DNA of 64,000 nucleotides, from NCBI GenBank assembly GCA_043228905.1, contig JBHGNT010000120.1, forward strand, positions 1 through 64,000, given 5' to 3'. The notes beneath the pieces were generated by a model, which ran no database searches, was not told the origin of the DNA, and saw only the letters and a list, made by a program, of their open reading frames with translations. A program made the translations under genes and the position numbers. Positions 37,352 through 51,571 of the stretch are shown here, piece after piece. The number at the start of each line of letters is the position of its first letter. Positions within the stretch are counted from its first letter, which is position 1. The stretch is from Azolla caroliniana. Lineage: Eukaryota; Plantae; Polypodiophyta.

Positions 37352-37627
37352 GTTTAGAATCGTGACCCTAGTGTACGTCGACATCAAGAACACGACGACC
37401 AAGGATCATTCACGGAGTCATAATGCGCATCCGTCTCGACCGTCTAGAAAATGCGCGGATCTTGTATCCGCTGTTTTGGCTTAATGGATGCATTCATTTA
37501 CGAGGATGATGATGTTTAATAGGTAAAAGAAATGGAACGGTTTATCCGGCACAAATTCCTCATCAAAAGTGCATCGCATGTCCATCGCGATCCTCAATGG
37601 AAGTACATTTTCCAATGGAAAACCGAA

Positions 37628-37700
37628 GATCCTATGGCCCAATGGATAAGGCGCTGGTCTACGAAACCAGAGATTCTAGGTTCGATCCCTGGTAGGATCG
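37628..37700 (+). tRNA. trnR-ACG: tRNA-Arg(ACG), unit 32
   Basis: copy of 922-994. Confidence 0.95.
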
Positions 37701-38463
37701 ATTAGGATCAGGTTCCGCTTCTCGAGAATCGGAATACAACGAGACTGTTGCGCAATCAATACATGCGTGGATCCCTTGGGGAAGGGATAACATCGCGTAT
37801 TTGAACGTAATCATCGATCACGACGATGCCGTTCACATATTTCTGATGCGCATTCGCTCGAGGGAACATATGAACAATGCCTTTCTTGCTTACGCTCGCC
37901 GTGCTCCTGTCTGGCCTGGTTTGAATACAAGCGAGTAGACGCAAGAATGTGATGACGCCCAGTCGTTGTATGATGTGTATTTGGACGTGGTCCTCAACAA
38001 GGATGACGTCGTTTGAAATTTAGAAACAATCTACACGAAGGCCACCGCTAAGACGTCGCATGCGCGATACTCTTCATTTGGTTAGAGTAGAATGCGCGTA
38101 TTCGAGATTCAACGATGCAAATTTACGTACGAGTGGAAGAACCTAGCGGCCGGTATCATGAGACGAGAACGGTATCTACACATCGGAGATTGACAGTTTG
38201 AGACGAAAACTCTTCTCGAAGGTCATTTGTATGGTTCATGCATGCTTTTCTATGGATTGCATTGCATGCGTCACACCGCATACCTTTATCCGATAAACCC
38301 ATTTAAGCGCATCTCCGTAATGTGGCGAGTAATAGAATGGTAAGGTAAGTGACAAGAGATCCCATGAAAAATACGATGATCAAGAAATATGATGAGAAAT
38401 GAGAGATCCTATCCGATCACGTGCGAGATCTTCATTCCTTTCACGTTTCGATGAATGGTCGAA

Positions 38464-38536
38464 GATCCTATGGCCTAATGGATAAGGCGTTGGTCTTCGA
38501 AACCAAAGATTCTAGGTTCGACCCCTAGTAGGATCG
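38464..38536 (+). tRNA. trnR-UCG: tRNA-Arg(TCG), unit 33
   Basis: copy of 573-645. Confidence 0.95.
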
Positions 38537-38812
38537 GTTTAGAATCGTGACCCTAGTGTACGTCGACATCAAGAACACGACGACCAAGGATCATTCACGG
38601 AGTCATAATGCGCATCCGTCTCGACCGTCTAGAAAATGCGCGGATCTTGTATCCGCTGTTTTGGCTTAATGGATGCATTCATTTACGAGGATGATGATGT
38701 TTAATAGGTAAAAGAAATGGAACGGTTTATCCGGCACAAATTCCTCATCAAAAGTGCATCGCATGTCCATCGCGATCCTCAATGGAAGTACATTTTCCAA
38801 TGGAAAACCGAA

Positions 38813-38885
38813 GATCCTATGGCCCAATGGATAAGGCGCTGGTCTACGAAACCAGAGATTCTAGGTTCGATCCCTGGTAGGATCG
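38813..38885 (+). tRNA. trnR-ACG: tRNA-Arg(ACG), unit 33
   Basis: copy of 922-994. Confidence 0.95.
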
Positions 38886-39648
38886 ATTAGGATCAGGTTC
38901 CGCTTCTCGAGAATCGGAATACAACGAGACTGTTGCGCAATCAATACATGCGTGGATCCCTTGGGGAAGGGATAACATCGCGTATTTGAACGTAATCATC
39001 GATCACGACGATGCCGTTCACATATTTCTGATGCGCATTCGCTCGAGGGAACATATGAACAATGCCTTTCTTGCTTACGCTCGCCGTGCTCCTGTCTGGC
39101 CTGGTTTGAATACAAGCGAGTAGACGCAAGAATGTGATGACGCCCAGTCGTTGTATGATGTGTATTTGGACGTGGTCCTCAACAAGGATGACGTCGTTTG
39201 AAATTTAGAAACAATCTACACGAAGGCCACCGCTAAGACGTCGCATGCGCGATACTCTTCATTTGGTTAGAGTAGAATGCGCGTATTCGAGATTCAACGA
39301 TGCAAATTTACGTACGAGTGGAAGAACCTAGCGGCCGGTATCATGAGACGAGAACGGTATCTACACATCGGAGATTGACAGTTTGAGACGAAAACTCTTC
39401 TCGAAGGTCATTTGTATGGTTCATGCATGCTTTTCTATGGATTGCATTGCATGCGTCACACCGCATACCTTTATCCGATAAACCCATTTAAGCGCATCTC
39501 CGTAATGTGGCGAGTAATAGAATGGTAAGGTAAGTGACAAGAGATCCCATGAAAAATACGATGATCAAGAAATATGATGAGAAATGAGAGATCCTATCCG
39601 ATCACGTGCGAGATCTTCATTCCTTTCACGTTTCGATGAATGGTCGAA

Positions 39649-39721
39649 GATCCTATGGCCTAATGGATAAGGCGTTGGTCTTCGAAACCAAAGATTCTAG
39701 GTTCGACCCCTAGTAGGATCG
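39649..39721 (+). tRNA. trnR-UCG: tRNA-Arg(TCG), unit 34
   Basis: copy of 573-645. Confidence 0.95.
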
Positions 39722-39997
39722 GTTTAGAATCGTGACCCTAGTGTACGTCGACATCAAGAACACGACGACCAAGGATCATTCACGGAGTCATAATGCGCAT
39801 CCGTCTCGACCGTCTAGAAAATGCGCGGATCTTGTATCCGCTGTTTTGGCTTAATGGATGCATTCATTTACGAGGATGATGATGTTTAATAGGTAAAAGA
39901 AATGGAACGGTTTATCCGGCACAAATTCCTCATCAAAAGTGCATCGCATGTCCATCGCGATCCTCAATGGAAGTACATTTTCCAATGGAAAACCGAA

Positions 39998-40070
39998 GAT
40001 CCTATGGCCCAATGGATAAGGCGCTGGTCTACGAAACCAGAGATTCTAGGTTCGATCCCTGGTAGGATCG
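39998..40070 (+). tRNA. trnR-ACG: tRNA-Arg(ACG), unit 34
   Basis: copy of 922-994. Confidence 0.95.
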
Positions 40071-40833
40071 ATTAGGATCAGGTTCCGCTTCTCGAGAATC
40101 GGAATACAACGAGACTGTTGCGCAATCAATACATGCGTGGATCCCTTGGGGAAGGGATAACATCGCGTATTTGAACGTAATCATCGATCACGACGATGCC
40201 GTTCACATATTTCTGATGCGCATTCGCTCGAGGGAACATATGAACAATGCCTTTCTTGCTTACGCTCGCCGTGCTCCTGTCTGGCCTGGTTTGAATACAA
40301 GCGAGTAGACGCAAGAATGTGATGACGCCCAGTCGTTGTATGATGTGTATTTGGACGTGGTCCTCAACAAGGATGACGTCGTTTGAAATTTAGAAACAAT
40401 CTACACGAAGGCCACCGCTAAGACGTCGCATGCGCGATACTCTTCATTTGGTTAGAGTAGAATGCGCGTATTCGAGATTCAACGATGCAAATTTACGTAC
40501 GAGTGGAAGAACCTAGCGGCCGGTATCATGAGACGAGAACGGTATCTACACATCGGAGATTGACAGTTTGAGACGAAAACTCTTCTCGAAGGTCATTTGT
40601 ATGGTTCATGCATGCTTTTCTATGGATTGCATTGCATGCGTCACACCGCATACCTTTATCCGATAAACCCATTTAAGCGCATCTCCGTAATGTGGCGAGT
40701 AATAGAATGGTAAGGTAAGTGACAAGAGATCCCATGAAAAATACGATGATCAAGAAATATGATGAGAAATGAGAGATCCTATCCGATCACGTGCGAGATC
40801 TTCATTCCTTTCACGTTTCGATGAATGGTCGAA

Positions 40834-40906
40834 GATCCTATGGCCTAATGGATAAGGCGTTGGTCTTCGAAACCAAAGATTCTAGGTTCGACCCCTAGTA
40901 GGATCG
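40834..40906 (+). tRNA. trnR-UCG: tRNA-Arg(TCG), unit 35
   Basis: copy of 573-645. Confidence 0.95.
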
Positions 40907-41182
40907 GTTTAGAATCGTGACCCTAGTGTACGTCGACATCAAGAACACGACGACCAAGGATCATTCACGGAGTCATAATGCGCATCCGTCTCGACCGTCT
41001 AGAAAATGCGCGGATCTTGTATCCGCTGTTTTGGCTTAATGGATGCATTCATTTACGAGGATGATGATGTTTAATAGGTAAAAGAAATGGAACGGTTTAT
41101 CCGGCACAAATTCCTCATCAAAAGTGCATCGCATGTCCATCGCGATCCTCAATGGAAGTACATTTTCCAATGGAAAACCGAA

Positions 41183-41255
41183 GATCCTATGGCCCAATGG
41201 ATAAGGCGCTGGTCTACGAAACCAGAGATTCTAGGTTCGATCCCTGGTAGGATCG
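41183..41255 (+). tRNA. trnR-ACG: tRNA-Arg(ACG), unit 35
   Basis: copy of 922-994. Confidence 0.95.
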
Positions 41256-42018
41256 ATTAGGATCAGGTTCCGCTTCTCGAGAATCGGAATACAACGAGAC
41301 TGTTGCGCAATCAATACATGCGTGGATCCCTTGGGGAAGGGATAACATCGCGTATTTGAACGTAATCATCGATCACGACGATGCCGTTCACATATTTCTG
41401 ATGCGCATTCGCTCGAGGGAACATATGAACAATGCCTTTCTTGCTTACGCTCGCCGTGCTCCTGTCTGGCCTGGTTTGAATACAAGCGAGTAGACGCAAG
41501 AATGTGATGACGCCCAGTCGTTGTATGATGTGTATTTGGACGTGGTCCTCAACAAGGATGACGTCGTTTGAAATTTAGAAACAATCTACACGAAGGCCAC
41601 CGCTAAGACGTCGCATGCGCGATACTCTTCATTTGGTTAGAGTAGAATGCGCGTATTCGAGATTCAACGATGCAAATTTACGTACGAGTGGAAGAACCTA
41701 GCGGCCGGTATCATGAGACGAGAACGGTATCTACACATCGGAGATTGACAGTTTGAGACGAAAACTCTTCTCGAAGGTCATTTGTATGGTTCATGCATGC
41801 TTTTCTATGGATTGCATTGCATGCGTCACACCGCATACCTTTATCCGATAAACCCATTTAAGCGCATCTCCGTAATGTGGCGAGTAATAGAATGGTAAGG
41901 TAAGTGACAAGAGATCCCATGAAAAATACGATGATCAAGAAATATGATGAGAAATGAGAGATCCTATCCGATCACGTGCGAGATCTTCATTCCTTTCACG
42001 TTTCGATGAATGGTCGAA

Positions 42019-42091
42019 GATCCTATGGCCTAATGGATAAGGCGTTGGTCTTCGAAACCAAAGATTCTAGGTTCGACCCCTAGTAGGATCG
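42019..42091 (+). tRNA. trnR-UCG: tRNA-Arg(TCG), unit 36
   Basis: copy of 573-645. Confidence 0.95.
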
Positions 42092-42367
42092 GTTTAGAAT
42101 CGTGACCCTAGTGTACGTCGACATCAAGAACACGACGACCAAGGATCATTCACGGAGTCATAATGCGCATCCGTCTCGACCGTCTAGAAAATGCGCGGAT
42201 CTTGTATCCGCTGTTTTGGCTTAATGGATGCATTCATTTACGAGGATGATGATGTTTAATAGGTAAAAGAAATGGAACGGTTTATCCGGCACAAATTCCT
42301 CATCAAAAGTGCATCGCATGTCCATCGCGATCCTCAATGGAAGTACATTTTCCAATGGAAAACCGAA

Positions 42368-42440
42368 GATCCTATGGCCCAATGGATAAGGCGCTGGTCT
42401 ACGAAACCAGAGATTCTAGGTTCGATCCCTGGTAGGATCG
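42368..42440 (+). tRNA. trnR-ACG: tRNA-Arg(ACG), unit 36
   Basis: copy of 922-994. Confidence 0.95.
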
Positions 42441-43203
42441 ATTAGGATCAGGTTCCGCTTCTCGAGAATCGGAATACAACGAGACTGTTGCGCAATCAAT
42501 ACATGCGTGGATCCCTTGGGGAAGGGATAACATCGCGTATTTGAACGTAATCATCGATCACGACGATGCCGTTCACATATTTCTGATGCGCATTCGCTCG
42601 AGGGAACATATGAACAATGCCTTTCTTGCTTACGCTCGCCGTGCTCCTGTCTGGCCTGGTTTGAATACAAGCGAGTAGACGCAAGAATGTGATGACGCCC
42701 AGTCGTTGTATGATGTGTATTTGGACGTGGTCCTCAACAAGGATGACGTCGTTTGAAATTTAGAAACAATCTACACGAAGGCCACCGCTAAGACGTCGCA
42801 TGCGCGATACTCTTCATTTGGTTAGAGTAGAATGCGCGTATTCGAGATTCAACGATGCAAATTTACGTACGAGTGGAAGAACCTAGCGGCCGGTATCATG
42901 AGACGAGAACGGTATCTACACATCGGAGATTGACAGTTTGAGACGAAAACTCTTCTCGAAGGTCATTTGTATGGTTCATGCATGCTTTTCTATGGATTGC
43001 ATTGCATGCGTCACACCGCATACCTTTATCCGATAAACCCATTTAAGCGCATCTCCGTAATGTGGCGAGTAATAGAATGGTAAGGTAAGTGACAAGAGAT
43101 CCCATGAAAAATACGATGATCAAGAAATATGATGAGAAATGAGAGATCCTATCCGATCACGTGCGAGATCTTCATTCCTTTCACGTTTCGATGAATGGTC
43201 GAA

Positions 43204-43276
43204 GATCCTATGGCCTAATGGATAAGGCGTTGGTCTTCGAAACCAAAGATTCTAGGTTCGACCCCTAGTAGGATCG
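43204..43276 (+). tRNA. trnR-UCG: tRNA-Arg(TCG), unit 37
   Basis: copy of 573-645. Confidence 0.95.
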
Positions 43277-43552
43277 GTTTAGAATCGTGACCCTAGTGTA
43301 CGTCGACATCAAGAACACGACGACCAAGGATCATTCACGGAGTCATAATGCGCATCCGTCTCGACCGTCTAGAAAATGCGCGGATCTTGTATCCGCTGTT
43401 TTGGCTTAATGGATGCATTCATTTACGAGGATGATGATGTTTAATAGGTAAAAGAAATGGAACGGTTTATCCGGCACAAATTCCTCATCAAAAGTGCATC
43501 GCATGTCCATCGCGATCCTCAATGGAAGTACATTTTCCAATGGAAAACCGAA

Positions 43553-43625
43553 GATCCTATGGCCCAATGGATAAGGCGCTGGTCTACGAAACCAGAGATT
43601 CTAGGTTCGATCCCTGGTAGGATCG
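43553..43625 (+). tRNA. trnR-ACG: tRNA-Arg(ACG), unit 37
   Basis: copy of 922-994. Confidence 0.95.
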
Positions 43626-44388
43626 ATTAGGATTAGGTTCCGCTTCTCGAGAATCGGAATACAACGAGACTGTTGCGCAATCAATACATGCGTGGATCCC
43701 TTGGGGAAGGGATAACATCGCGTATTTGAACGTAATCATCGATCACGACGATGCCGTTCACATATTTCTGATGCGCATTCGCTCGAGGGAACATATGAAC
43801 AATGCCTTTCTTGCTTACGCTCGCCGTGCTCCTGTCTGGCCTGGTTTGAATACAAGCGAGTAGACGCAAGAATGTGATGACGCCCAGTCGTTGTATGATG
43901 TGTATTTGGACGTGGTCCTCAACAAGGATGACGTCGTTTGAAATTTAGAAACAATCTACACGAAGGCCACCGCTAAGACGTCGCATGCGCGATACTCTTC
44001 ATTTGGTTAGAGTAGAATGCGCGTATTCGAGATTCAACGATGCAAATTTACGTACGAGTGGAAGAACCTAGCGGCCGGTATCATGAGACGAGAACGGTAT
44101 CTACACATCGGAGATTGACAGTTTGAGACGAAAACTCTTCTCGAAGGTCATTTGTATGGTTCATGCATGCTTTTCTATGGATTGCATTGCATGCGTCACA
44201 CCGCATACCTTTATCCGATAAACCCATTTAAGCGCATCTCCGTAATGTGGCGAGTAATAGAATGGTAAGGTAAGTGACAAGAGATCCCATGAAAAATACG
44301 ATGATCAAGAAATATGATGAGAAATGAGAGATCCTATCCGATCACGTGCGAGATCTTCATTCCTTTCACGTTTCGATGAATGGTCGAA

Positions 44389-44461
44389 GATCCTATGGCC
44401 TAATGGATAAGGCGTTGGTCTTCGAAACCAAAGATTCTAGGTTCGACCCCTAGTAGGATCG
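44389..44461 (+). tRNA. trnR-UCG: tRNA-Arg(TCG), unit 38
   Basis: copy of 573-645. Confidence 0.95.
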
Positions 44462-44737
44462 GTTTAGAATCGTGACCCTAGTGTACGTCGACATCAAGAA
44501 CACGACGACCAAGGATCATTCACGGAGTCATAATGCGCATCCGTCTCGACCGTCTAGAAAATGCGCGGATCTTGTATCCGCTGTTTTGGCTTAATGGATG
44601 CATTCATTTACGAGGATGATGATGTTTAATAGGTAAAAGAAATGGAACGGTTTATCCGGCACAAATTCCTCATCAAAAGTGCATCGCATGTCCATCGCGA
44701 TCCTCAATGGAAGTACATTTTCCAATGGAAAACCGAA

Positions 44738-44810
44738 GATCCTATGGCCCAATGGATAAGGCGCTGGTCTACGAAACCAGAGATTCTAGGTTCGATCCCT
44801 GGTAGGATCG
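44738..44810 (+). tRNA. trnR-ACG: tRNA-Arg(ACG), unit 38
   Basis: copy of 922-994. Confidence 0.95.
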
Positions 44811-45573
44811 ATTAGGATTAGGTTCCGCTTCTCGAGAATCGGAATACAACGAGACTGTTGCGCAATCAATACATGCGTGGATCCCTTGGGGAAGGGATAA
44901 CATCGCGTATTTGAACGTAATCATCGATCACGACGATGCCGTTCACATATTTCTGATGCGCATTCGCTCGAGGGAACATATGAACAATGCCTTTCTTGCT
45001 TACGCTCGCCGTGCTCCTGTCTGGCCTGGTTTGAATACAAGCGAGTAGACGCAAGAATGTGATGACGCCCAGTCGTTGTATGATGTGTATTTGGACGTGG
45101 TCCTCAACAAGGATGACGTCGTTTGAAATTTAGAAACAATCTACACGAAGGCCACCGCTAAGACGTCGCATGCGCGATACTCTTCATTTGGTTAGAGTAG
45201 AATGCGCGTATTCGAGATTCAACGATGCAAATTTACGTACGAGTGGAAGAACCTAGCGGCCGGTATCATGAGACGAGAACGGTATCTACACATCGGAGAT
45301 TGACAGTTTGAGACGAAAACTCTTCTCGAAGGTCATTTGTATGGTTCATGCATGCTTTTCTATGGATTGCATTGCATGCGTCACACCGCATACCTGTATC
45401 CGATAAACCCATTTAAGCGCATCTCCGTAATGTGGCGAGTAATAGAATGGTAAGGTAAGTGACAAGAGATCCCATGAAAAATACGATGATCAAGAAATAT
45501 GATGAGAAATGAGAGATCCTATCCGATCACGTGCGAGATCTTCATTCCTTTCACGTTTCGATGAATGGTCGAA

Positions 45574-45646
45574 GATCCTATGGCCTAATGGATAAGGCGT
45601 TGGTCTTCGAAACCAAAGATTCTAGGTTCGACCCCTAGTAGGATCG
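45574..45646 (+). tRNA. trnR-UCG: tRNA-Arg(TCG), unit 39
   Basis: copy of 573-645. Confidence 0.95.
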
Positions 45647-45922
45647 GTTTAGAATCGTGACCCTAGTGTACGTCGACATCAAGAACACGACGACCAAGGA
45701 TCATTCACGGAGTCATAATGCGCATCCGTCTCGACCGTCTAGAAAATGCGCGGATCTTGTATCCGCTGTTTTGGCTTAATGGATGCATTCATTTACGAGG
45801 ATGATGATGTTTAATAGGTAAAAGAAATGGAACGGTTTATCCGGCACAAATTCCTCATCAAAAGTGCATCGCATGTCCATCGCGATCCTCAATGGAAGTA
45901 CATTTTCCAATGGAAAACCGAA

Positions 45923-45995
45923 GATCCTATGGCCCAATGGATAAGGCGCTGGTCTACGAAACCAGAGATTCTAGGTTCGATCCCTGGTAGGATCG
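45923..45995 (+). tRNA. trnR-ACG: tRNA-Arg(ACG), unit 39
   Basis: copy of 922-994. Confidence 0.95.
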
Positions 45996-46758
45996 ATTAG
46001 GATTAGGTTCCGCTTCTCGAGAATCGGAATACAACGAGACTGTTGCGCAATCAATACATGCGTGGATCCCTTGGGGAAGGGATAACATCGCGTATTTGAA
46101 CGTAATCATCGATCACGACGATGCCGTTCACATATTTCTGATGCGCATTCGCTCGAGGGAACATATGAACAATGCCTTTCTTGCTTACGCTCGCCGTGCT
46201 CCTGTCTGGCCTGGTTTGAATACAAGCGAGTAGACGCAAGAATGTGATGACGCCCAGTCGTTGTATGATGTGTATTTGGACGTGGTCCTCAACAAGGATG
46301 ACGTCGTTTGAAATTTAGAAACAATCTACACGAAGGCCACCGCTAAGACGTCGCATGCGCGATACTCTTCATTTGGTTAGAGTAGAATGCGCGTATTCGA
46401 GATTCAACGATGCAAATTTACGTACGAGTGGAAGAACCTAGCGGCCGGTATCATGAGACGAGAACGGTATCTACACATCGGAGATTGACAGTTTGAGACG
46501 AAAACTCTTCTCGAAGGTCATTTGTATGGTTCATGCATGCTTTTCTATGGATTGCATTGCATGCGTCACACCGCATACCTGTATCCGATAAACCCATTTA
46601 AGCGCATCTCCGTAATGTGGCGAGTAATAGAATGGTAAGGTAAGTGACAAGAGATCCCATGAAAAATACGATGATCAAGAAATATGATGAGAAATGAGAG
46701 ATCCTATCCGATCACGTGCGAGATCTTCATTCCTTTCACGTTTCGATGAATGGTCGAA

Positions 46759-46831
46759 GATCCTATGGCCTAATGGATAAGGCGTTGGTCTTCGAAACCA
46801 AAGATTCTAGGTTCGACCCCTAGTAGGATCG
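46759..46831 (+). tRNA. trnR-UCG: tRNA-Arg(TCG), unit 40
   Basis: copy of 573-645. Confidence 0.95.
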
Positions 46832-47107
46832 GTTTAGAATCGTGACCCTAGTGTACGTCGACATCAAGAACACGACGACCAAGGATCATTCACGGAGTCA
46901 TAATGCGCATCCGTCTCGACCGTCTAGAAAATGCGCGGATCTTGTATCCGCTGTTTTGGCTTAATGGATGCATTCATTTACGAGGATGATGATGTTTAAT
47001 AGGTAAAAGAAATGGAACGGTTTATCCGGCACAAATTCCTCATCAAAAGTGCATCGCATGTCCATCGCGATCCTCAATGGAAGTACATTTTCCAATGGAA
47101 AACCGAA

Positions 47108-47180
47108 GATCCTATGGCCCAATGGATAAGGCGCTGGTCTACGAAACCAGAGATTCTAGGTTCGATCCCTGGTAGGATCG
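47108..47180 (+). tRNA. trnR-ACG: tRNA-Arg(ACG), unit 40
   Basis: copy of 922-994. Confidence 0.95.
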
Positions 47181-47943
47181 ATTAGGATTAGGTTCCGCTT
47201 CTCGAGAATCGGAATACAACGAGACTGTTGCGCAATCAATACATGCGTGGATCCCTTGGGGAAGGGATAACATCGCGTATTTGAACGTAATCATCGATCA
47301 CGACGATGCCGTTCACATATTTCTGATGCGCATTCGCTCGAGGGAACATATGAACAATGCCTTTCTTGCTTACGCTCGCCGTGCTCCTGTCTGGCCTGGT
47401 TTGAATACAAGCGAGTAGACGCAAGAATGTGATGACGCCCAGTCGTTGTATGATGTGTATTTGGACGTGGTCCTCAACAAGGATGACGTCGTTTGAAATT
47501 TAGAAACAATCTACACGAAGGCCACCGCTAAGACGTCGCATGCGCGATACTCTTCATTTGGTTAGAGTAGAATGCGCGTATTCGAGATTCAACGATGCAA
47601 ATTTACGTACGAGTGGAAGAACCTAGCGGCCGGTATCATGAGACGAGAACGGTATCTACACATCGGAGATTGACAGTTTGAGACGAAAACTCTTCTCGAA
47701 GGTCATTTGTATGGTTCATGCATGCTTTTCTATGGATTGCATTGCATGCGTCACACCGCATACCTGTATCCGATAAACCCATTTAAGCGCATCTCCGTAA
47801 TGTGGCGAGTAATAGAATGGTAAGGTAAGTGACAAGAGATCCCATGAAAAATACGATGATCAAGAAATATGATGAGAAATGAGAGATCCTATCCGATCAC
47901 GTGCGAGATCTTCATTCCTTTCACGTTTCGATGAATGGTCGAA

Positions 47944-48016
47944 GATCCTATGGCCTAATGGATAAGGCGTTGGTCTTCGAAACCAAAGATTCTAGGTTCG
48001 ACCCCTAGTAGGATCG
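47944..48016 (+). tRNA. trnR-UCG: tRNA-Arg(TCG), unit 41
   Basis: copy of 573-645. Confidence 0.95.
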
Positions 48017-48292
48017 GTTTAGAATCGTGACCCTAGTGTACGTCGACATCAAGAACACGACGACCAAGGATCATTCACGGAGTCATAATGCGCATCCGTC
48101 TCGACCGTCTAGAAAATGCGCGGATCTTGTATCCGCTGTTTTGGCTTAATGGATGCATTCATTTACGAGGATGATGATGTTTAATAGGTAAAAGAAATGG
48201 AACGGTTTATCCGGCACAAATTCCTCATCAAAAGTGCATCGCATGTCCATCGCGATCCTCAATGGAAGTACATTTTCCAATGGAAAACCGAA

Positions 48293-48365
48293 GATCCTAT
48301 GGCCCAATGGATAAGGCGCTGGTCTACGAAACCAGAGATTCTAGGTTCGATCCCTGGTAGGATCG
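48293..48365 (+). tRNA. trnR-ACG: tRNA-Arg(ACG), unit 41
   Basis: copy of 922-994. Confidence 0.95.
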
Positions 48366-49128
48366 ATTAGGATTAGGTTCCGCTTCTCGAGAATCGGAAT
48401 ACAACGAGACTGTTGCGCAATCAATACATGCGTGGATCCCTTGGGGAAGGGATAACATCGCGTATTTGAACGTAATCATCGATCACGACGATGCCGTTCA
48501 CATATTTCTGATGCGCATTCGCTCGAGGGAACATATGAACAATGCCTTTCTTGCTTACGCTCGCCGTGCTCCTGTCTGGCCTGGTTTGAATACAAGCGAG
48601 TAGACGCAAGAATGTGATGACGCCCAGTCGTTGTATGATGTGTATTTGGACGTGGTCCTCAACAAGGATGACGTCGTTTGAAATTTAGAAACAATCTACA
48701 CGAAGGCCACCGCTAAGACGTCGCATGCGCGATACTCTTCATTTGGTTAGAGTAGAATGCGCGTATTCGAGATTCAACGATGCAAATTTACGTACGAGTG
48801 GAAGAACCTAGCGGCCGGTATCATGAGACGAGAACGGTATCTACACATCGGAGATTGACAGTTTGAGACGAAAACTCTTCTCGAAGGTCATTTGTATGGT
48901 TCATGCATGCTTTTCTATGGATTGCATTGCATGCGTCACACCGCATACCTGTATCCGATAAACCCATTTAAGCGCATCTCCGTAATGTGGCGAGTAATAG
49001 AATGGTAAGGTAAGTGACAAGAGATCCCATGAAAAATACGATGATCAAGAAATATGATGAGAAATGAGAGATCCTATCCGATCACGTGCGAGATCTTCAT
49101 TCCTTTCACGTTTCGATGAATGGTCGAA

Positions 49129-49201
49129 GATCCTATGGCCTAATGGATAAGGCGTTGGTCTTCGAAACCAAAGATTCTAGGTTCGACCCCTAGTAGGATC
49201 G
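49129..49201 (+). tRNA. trnR-UCG: tRNA-Arg(TCG), unit 42
   Basis: copy of 573-645. Confidence 0.95.
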
Positions 49202-49477
49202 GTTTAGAATCGTGACCCTAGTGTACGTCGACATCAAGAACACGACGACCAAGGATCATTCACGGAGTCATAATGCGCATCCGTCTCGACCGTCTAGAAA
49301 ATGCGCGGATCTTGTATCCGCTGTTTTGGCTTAATGGATGCATTCATTTACGAGGATGATGATGTTTAATAGGTAAAAGAAATGGAACGGTTTATCCGGC
49401 ACAAATTCCTCATCAAAAGTGCATCGCATGTCCATCGCGATCCTCAATGGAAGTACATTTTCCAATGGAAAACCGAA

Positions 49478-49550
49478 GATCCTATGGCCCAATGGATAAG
49501 GCGCTGGTCTACGAAACCAGAGATTCTAGGTTCGATCCCTGGTAGGATCG
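49478..49550 (+). tRNA. trnR-ACG: tRNA-Arg(ACG), unit 42
   Basis: copy of 922-994. Confidence 0.95.
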
Positions 49551-50313
49551 ATTAGGATTAGGTTCCGCTTCTCGAGAATCGGAATACAACGAGACTGTTG
49601 CGCAATCAATACATGCGTGGATCCCTTGGGGAAGGGATAACATCGCGTATTTGAACGTAATCATCGATCACGACGATGCCGTTCACATATTTCTGATGCG
49701 CATTCGCTCGAGGGAACATATGAACAATGCCTTTCTTGCTTACGCTCGCCGTGCTCCTGTCTGGCCTGGTTTGAATACAAGCGAGTAGACGCAAGAATGT
49801 GATGACGCCCAGTCGTTGTATGATGTGTATTTGGACGTGGTCCTCAACAAGGATGACGTCGTTTGAAATTTAGAAACAATCTACACGAAGGCCACCGCTA
49901 AGACGTCGCATGCGCGATACTCTTCATTTGGTTAGAGTAGAATGCGCGTATTCGAGATTCAACGATGCAAATTTACGTACGAGTGGAAGAACCTAGCGGC
50001 CGGTATCATGAGACGAGAACGGTATCTACACATCGGAGATTGACAGTTTGAGACGAAAACTCTTCTCGAAGGTCATTTGTATGGTTCATGCATGCTTTTC
50101 TATGGATTGCATTGCATGCGTCACACCGCATACCTGTATCCGATAAACCCATTTAAGCGCATCTCCGTAATGTGGCGAGTAATAGAATGGTAAGGTAAGT
50201 GACAAGAGATCCCATGAAAAATACGATGATCAAGAAATATGATGAGAAATGAGAGATCCTATCCGATCACGTGCGAGATCTTCATTCCTTTCACGTTTCG
50301 ATGAATGGTCGAA

Positions 50314-50386
50314 GATCCTATGGCCTAATGGATAAGGCGTTGGTCTTCGAAACCAAAGATTCTAGGTTCGACCCCTAGTAGGATCG
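50314..50386 (+). tRNA. trnR-UCG: tRNA-Arg(TCG), unit 43
   Basis: copy of 573-645. Confidence 0.95.
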
Positions 50387-50662
50387 GTTTAGAATCGTGA
50401 CCCTAGTGTACGTCGACATCAAGAACACGACGACCAAGGATCATTCACGGAGTCATAATGCGCATCCGTCTCGACCGTCTAGAAAATGCGCGGATCTTGT
50501 ATCCGCTGTTTTGGCTTAATGGATGCATTCATTTACGAGGATGATGATGTTTAATAGGTAAAAGAAATGGAACGGTTTATCCGGCACAAATTCCTCATCA
50601 AAAGTGCATCGCATGTCCATCGCGATCCTCAATGGAAGTACATTTTCCAATGGAAAACCGAA

Positions 50663-50735
50663 GATCCTATGGCCCAATGGATAAGGCGCTGGTCTACGAA
50701 ACCAGAGATTCTAGGTTCGATCCCTGGTAGGATCG
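50663..50735 (+). tRNA. trnR-ACG: tRNA-Arg(ACG), unit 43
   Basis: copy of 922-994. Confidence 0.95.
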
Positions 50736-51498
50736 ATTAGGATTAGGTTCCGCTTCTCGAGAATCGGAATACAACGAGACTGTTGCGCAATCAATACATG
50801 CGTGGATCCCTTGGGGAAGGGATAACATCGCGTATTTGAACGTAATCATCGATCACGACGATGCCGTTCACATATTTCTGATGCGCATTCGCTCGAGGGA
50901 ACATATGAACAATGCCTTTCTTGCTTACGCTCGCCGTGCTCCTGTCTGGCCTGGTTTGAATACAAGCGAGTAGACGCAAGAATGTGATGACGCCCAGTCG
51001 TTGTATGATGTGTATTTGGACGTGGTCCTCAACAAGGATGACGTCGTTTGAAATTTAGAAACAATCTACACGAAGGCCACCGCTAAGACGTCGCATGCGC
51101 GATACTCTTCATTTGGTTAGAGTAGAATGCGCGTATTCGAGATTCAACGATGCAAATTTACGTACGAGTGGAAGAACCTAGCGGCCGGTATCATGAGACG
51201 AGAACGGTATCTACACATCGGAGATTGACAGTTTGAGACGAAAACTCTTCTCGAAGGTCATTTGTATGGTTCATGCATGCTTTTCTATGGATTGCATTGC
51301 ATGCGTCACACCGCATACCTGTATCCGATAAACCCATTTAAGCGCATCTCCGTAATGTGGCGAGTAATAGAATGGTAAGGTAAGTGACAAGAGATCCCAT
51401 GAAAAATACGATGATCAAGAAATATGATGAGAAATGAGAGATCCTATCCGATCACGTGCGAGATCTTCATTCCTTTCACGTTTCGATGAATGGTCGAA

Positions 51499-51571
51499 GA
51501 TCCTATGGCCTAATGGATAAGGCGTTGGTCTTCGAAACCAAAGATTCTAGGTTCGACCCCTAGTAGGATCG
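51499..51571 (+). tRNA. trnR-UCG: tRNA-Arg(TCG), unit 44
   Basis: copy of 573-645. Confidence 0.95.
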